In this document: positions 58,515 through 64,000 of the stretch, one piece after another
How positions within the stretch are numbered: the stretch's first letter is position 1
Layout of the letters: each line of letters opens with the position of its first letter
Origin: Euglena gracilis
Lineage: Eukaryota
Direction: 5' to 3'
Assembly (NCBI GenBank): GCA_039621445.1
Contig: CP154954.1
Coordinates: 28,576,417-28,640,416 of the forward strand
DNA length: 64,000 bases
Position numbers and translations under genes: made by a program
The notes under the pieces: generated by a model
Told to the model about the DNA's origin: nothing
The model's database searches: none
What the model saw: the letters and a program-made list of their open reading frames with translations, nothing else

Positions 58515-58914
58515 CCCCCCCCCCTATGTGCAATGACCGGTAACCTCTGTCCTCTGACTGGGGGGGGGGGTTGGTCGTTGGACATAGGGTAGTGACCATA
58601 AAGGTGTCCTCTGACCGGGGGGGGGGGTGGTCGTTGGACATGGGGTCAAATGAAAATTGGTGGGTACCCGGGTCCCTACCCCCCCCAAAAATGCCCAAAT
58701 TTTCCCTTCCGGCGCTTTGCGCCGAAAATTTTGGGCAATTTTGACAAATTTTTGTCCAAAAAAGTGTCAAAAATGGCATTTTGGCCAAATTTTTGGCCAA
58801 ATTTTGGGCAAAATTTTTCGTCCCGGCGCAAAGCGCCGGGACCAAAGATTTGGTCAAACCTCCGAAAAGGTGTCCTCTGGCCGTGGGGGTGGTCGTTGGA
58901 CATAGGGGGGGGGG
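58515..58914. mobile_element. MITE-like element, TA flanks
   Basis: TA|C10-tatgtgcaatgacc ... ggtcgttggacata-G10|TA. Confidence 0.7.
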
Positions 58915-61089
58915 TACGCCTTAAAGCAAAGCCTTCCTCCCATCTCTGCTGATGAAGATGTGAAACTTGGAGGCCCAGAGATGTGCCCATCAAAATTGTG
59001 TGTTGGGTGTTGTGGACATGCTGTGATCCAGGAATTGAATTCGCAAACATCGTTCAGTTCAATCGCATTTAATGGTAAGCAAAGCACAGACAAAGCAATG
59101 GCGGGGTGCAGAGCTTTGGGTTGCAGGGCTTTCATTTGTTTCCGTTATTCCATCAGGTACCCCGAAGCATTTTTTTTGGGTGGAAGATCTCTTTCAACGC
59201 AGAAGGAATTTCACTTTAGATGTTTATGGTCAGTTTTTCGGCTTACAAAAGGGAAGCGGAACTGCACAAACTTTTTCTCTTTTGACCGAAACACCCACGC
59301 ACTCCTGGCAGATTGGGACCTCCTAGAAAATTATCGCACTTGGGGTTTTCTCAAAGACCCGGGGGGAGGGAGCTGGCTCAGTTTGGTCCCCGTCCCAGAA
59401 GAAATTTTTAGGTCGCACTTTTTCGGAATTTTACCAAAAATTCACCGTAAATTCTGAATTTCCTAAAAATGGTGATCCTCCAAGAATCCGGTCGGAACTA
59501 TCCCCCGGAAATAACCCAGACTTTCCCCCGACGTCGGACCGGGGTTCCTCATACGACCCCCCCCCCTTGCCTTCCCCTGGGAGCCGAGTAGAAGGCAGGC
59601 TGCCTTCGACTTTTTGGTATGAGGCTGATTAAAGGCAGTGCCGACCCCACCCTGGGGGGGGGGGGGGGCTGCCTGGGCAGGCACTCCAAGGCACCCAGAT
59701 CCGACCTCCCGGGGGGGCATAGCCAAAAGTGCCTGGGCACTTGGCCAGAGCACTTCCAGCGCCGTATGCCCAGAAAAGGCCATCTTTGGGCATTTGGCCC
59801 ACCACCAGGCACTCCAGGGCATTCCAAGACCCCCTCCCCCCCCCCAGGGTTGGTCAATTTCAGCCTGGTTCAAGCTTGGCTCAACAGCAGATGGGGGACC
59901 CCTTTGGGGGGGGGTCCACCAGCCAGCAGCATGCATCTCTTTAAGACCCCCCCCGGGGGGGGGGGCTGCTGCTGCTGCCAGCCCCGATTTTGGCTGCAGC
60001 ACCCCAAGGGCCCTGCCAGCCAGCCCCTTTTTTGCAAGGTTCAGCTCAAAATTTTAGGCGCAAAACGCCGAAAATTTTGGAAAAGGGGTGCAAAAAATGG
60101 CCACAAACGGTGCCTTGGGTGTGTCTTCGGCGTTTTGGGGGGGCTGTCAGACGTTCAAAACTGTCTTGCAGGTCATTTTTCAGGGCAATTGTGCTGCAGA
60201 CGCCCACAGGGGTTTTTTTCAGTCTTGGACCCCCTCCCCCGGGGGGTTGGGGGTAGGGGCTGGTGGGTATTTCAGGCCAGCCCGGCATCGCAGGTCGGAC
60301 CCAACATTGGGGGAGGTCCACAAGCTGGCTGGCTTGAAAAAGCTGGCGGGGCCCCACTCTTCGACGACAAAGCAGGCTCAGAGCCAGAAAATTTGGGTTG
60401 CTGGATGGGGGGTGGGCTAGACTAAAAATTTGGACTGGTTTACCCCCCCCCGAGGGGGTCTGGACCCTGGCTGGACCTGAGGTGGGTCCATACAATTGCT
60501 TACCGACCCCCGGGGGGGGGGGAGGGGGGTCACTCCACTTTTTTAAAAACCAGTCAGTCACTCATTTTCAAAAAACCAGCCAGTCACTACCCCCCCGGGG
60601 GGGGGGGTCGGCCACTCAGAAAAACGGCCACTTTCCAGTCACTTTAGGCCATTTTAGGCCCAAAAATTTTTTTCCGGCGCCTTCGGCGCCGGGGTCACTC
60701 AAGCCACTTTTGCCCACCCCTGGCCGACCCCCCCCCGGGGGGGGGGGGGGGGTCCGGGCCAAAAACCAGTCAGTCACTCTGAAAAAACCAGTCACCCACC
60801 CCCCGGGGGGGGGGGGGTCGGTCAGTGCTTAAGCAATTGCCTGGCCCCAGGACGCGGAGATGGCCTGGGTGGGTCACTCTGTTCAGACCAAATGTAATTG
60901 AAGACAAATTGGCATGTGGAGAGAAAATGAACTCTGTCCGGGTGACCATGCTCTCCCCACCTCCCTGGGACACAGGTGGGTCGGAGTCAGAGTGTAATCA
61001 AAAATGTCCACCAGCCAGAACCACCAACCAACCTCCAGTTTTTTCCCCCTCTAACTCTTCAATTTTTGAGACCTTTCTCAGATAAATTC

Positions 61090-61290
61090 TCAAACAGACT
61101 TTTATTTAGTGCGCCGCACAATTTTTTTTTTCCGCGGCGCACAATCGAATTTTTGCCGCAGCACACCCGCGGCGCACCTGAAACGCTGCCGCAGCGCACC
61201 AAATGGGGATAATTGGGATGGCTATCCCGCGGTGCATACGGCGCAGAAAAAAAAAAATTCCGCGGCGCACTAAATGAAAATCTGTTCTCA
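61090..61290. repeat. Inverted repeat, possible MITE
   Basis: aacagacttttatttagtgcgccgc..T-run mirrored by A-run..gcggcgcactaaatgaaaatctgtt. Confidence 0.6.
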
Positions 61291-64000
61291 AATGCACTTT
61301 TGACAATTTTGAGGGAGGAGGAAAAGATGGGTCTCTGGTCTCTGATCCTCAAAGCGACCTGTGACACAGCATTCAAACGGTTCTCTCAAACCCACCATCG
61401 AACAAATACCAATGAGAGGGCTGCCTGTCTGCAACAGCCGGTCGATCGGAAGCAGCCTGCCAACTACGGTGACCGGTTCGGACACAGCTTGGCAGTCTTC
61501 GGCTGACACACAGTAAAAATTGCAGCCTGGTACAAAACACATCTTCTTGCCCGGCCACAAGGCATCGTGTGGCATTTGGAGAAACCAACCTGACTGACGT
61601 TGCAGCACCCCCAAAGAACTTTGTCTGGATCTCTGGTTTGGCAAATCCTCAGATCCATTTCGGCCGACATTTGGATTGGGGAGCATAGGGGTCCACGGCA
61701 AAATGGAATCCTGCTGATGAGGATGCCTGAAGAATTCTCTGAATGGGAATTTCACAAGGACCTCTCCCACCCACCCCCAATGATTGATCACCAGAGATAC
61801 CTGAGATACCTTGGGAGATCGTTCTAGGGAGGTGAGGTTGTTCCCGGAGGAGCAACAGGCGGGCATGGAATGGGGAAGGCTTGGACCTGGGAAGCACGGG
61901 AAAGAGCCATTGGGGGAGGATATTGAGCTTCAGGTTCCAACAGGTCCAATAATCGCCCCAAAAAAGGCAAGCAGGAACAATGCCTTTAAAAACCCTGAAA
62001 AACGCCTTAAAATTTGAAAATTTACACCTTAAAAATATATCCCCTGGTCTACGGTTGTACAGGAAAGCCTGGGGGGGGGGGTCGAACCCCCCCCAACCAC
62101 CACAGCACCTGCGCAGGGAAAAACTCCTTTGGCGCCGAAGGACAATTTCAACAAAAAATCAGCGCCCCTGGATATACAGGAAGGCCTGGTGGGGGGGGGG
62201 GTCGGCCCCTCCCCAACCACCAGGAAGGGGGACTGTCGACCCCCCCCACCCACCACCCATAGGGTTGCGGGGATTCCCGCACAGCCCTGCCCTGGTTCAA
62301 ACAAACAGACATGCAGCCAAGATGACCAACTTTTGGCCAAAATTTTTCCGAAACCCCAAAATCAACCCAGATGCCGTTTTGGGCACCTTTGGCAAACTTG
62401 CGAAAATTTCCAAAATTATTTCGGTGCAAATCGCCTAAATAAAACTTGACCTTGGGGTGGGGTCCGGCCACAGCGGGGTCTGGCAGTCAAGAAGGGGTGA
62501 TACCCTCCTTATGTAGAACCAAACCTCCACAGGGATTGATGGGAAGCCCGTCGGTATCGAATCAGGCAGTGGGGGGTTGCCGACCCTCCCCCCCTGGATG
62601 TTGGGGTGTATCCAGACCCTCCTCGGCAGGTTTCAAAAATGGCAATTTTTTCCCGCGCTGCGCGCCGGAAAATGAACAAAAAAACAACTTCCTCCCTCAT
62701 TTTTGAGCATATTGCCAATTTTTTTGATGGTTTGGTGTTTTCCGCATGAGGAGCGTTCAAAAAAATTCAAAAAATGAGCATTCTGTATTCATTTTTAAAG
62801 CAAAATCAGGCATTTTTGAAGCGACCCCCAGAGGTCCGTGTCCCATCCCAGGGTCAGCCCGACCCCCCAGGATGGTCACCCCAGAATCCGCTCAAAGCCC
62901 TCAGAAGGGGCTATTCCCTTCCGGGCCCAAGGGTTTTGGGGGGAGAGTCTGTCGTGAGATAACAGACAAAAATTTTGGGCTATTTCAGGAGTAGGGTCAG
63001 GGTAAGGATTTTAGCTTGACCCTGACTTCGATGCAAACACGTGTCCAGAACGCTGGTTCGGGCGGCAACCTGAACCGGCGTTCTGAGTGTTTGCCCGTCC
63101 TCAAAACCAAAAATTTCCGGGTCAATGTCAGTTTCGAGGTGCTTTTGCTCACCGACCGGGTTCCTACAACCCCGACGGGGGGGGGGGGCATACACACCCC
63201 CTGACCTGAAAAAACCCCTGTTTTCCTAAGGTCACCTACAACCCCGACCACGGGGGGCGGTCATGCACACCCCCTGATCTACAACCCCCGACCGGGGGTT
63301 AGGGGTGGTCGTTGGGCAAAGGGGGGGTACCCACCCTGTCCTCTTGTCCACCGACCACCCCTATATACCGACCATTGCTTAAGCCCCCGGCCGGGGGTGA
63401 CCATCTGGTCAGGCCATTGCTTAAGCCCCGGGAGGCAGGGGTCCACTGGCTAGCCATTTTGCTGGACACGGGAAAACAGCCACCAGCCAGCCCCCTGTGT
63501 GCACTGTGGCTGCCTTTTTGGTGCCCTTTACCCCTTCGTCCGACCTGGCCACCAGCCCCGGGGGGGGGGGGGTCCAGGGTCCCCCTGATGGTGTGTGCAC
63601 ACCATCACCACCGCCAATGCAGGGGGGGGGGGTAGTCAACCCCCCCCCCACACCACCACCCTGGCGGTTTGGCCGATTCCCGTTCTGCCCTAGGTTTGAC
63701 CCACCAATTTTCAGGTGTCCTATTATGCCCACTATTATTACTGTAAGACCTCCCCAAAAGGAAGCCCCCCCCCCCCCACTGGGCCGACAAAGAGAAAATC
63801 AAAAAAATCAAGACCCCCCGCCAATTCCAGACTCCCACTGACGGTGCAAAGACTCCCACTGACTCTGGAGATGAAAATTTTTCCTGGATTACAATTATTT
63901 GACACTTTTGAAGCACAACAACACTGGGGGAATTCAATTTATAACACACATGACACATGTTGTTGACACATGGCGTGGAGCACAGATGAAAAATTTTGGG

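Noticed and set aside
58920-62000. Host gene or transposase exons
   Set aside because: No recognisable motifs in the ORFs; cannot be supported without a search or transcript data.

Overview
Eukaryotic window made almost entirely of nested transposable elements; no host gene could be supported. A 26-nt match to the euglenid spliced-leader exon (6093-6118, minus) suggests a Euglena-like organism. Contents, left to right: (1) CRE/SLACS-type (RT + restriction-like endonuclease) non-LTR elements, one full-length at its 5' end, starting with the SL exon and carrying four 2A/StopGo-like motifs ahead of RT; (2) a near-intact 12.1-kb chromodomain Ty3/Gypsy element (12533-24633) encoding a tandem C5-cytosine plus N6-adenine-type DNA methyltransferase between gag and protease, nested in a related non-autonomous LTR element (10377-28437); (3) two decayed copies of a second chromodomain Gypsy family with an N6-adenine-type MTase between protease and RT; (4) a structurally complete DIRS1-like tyrosine-recombinase element (53508-58099) plus two fragments; (5) TIR/MITE-like elements, satellites and microsatellites. 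Many frameshifts lie in homopolymer runs and may be sequencing errors. All domain calls are by eye from motifs; no searches were run.
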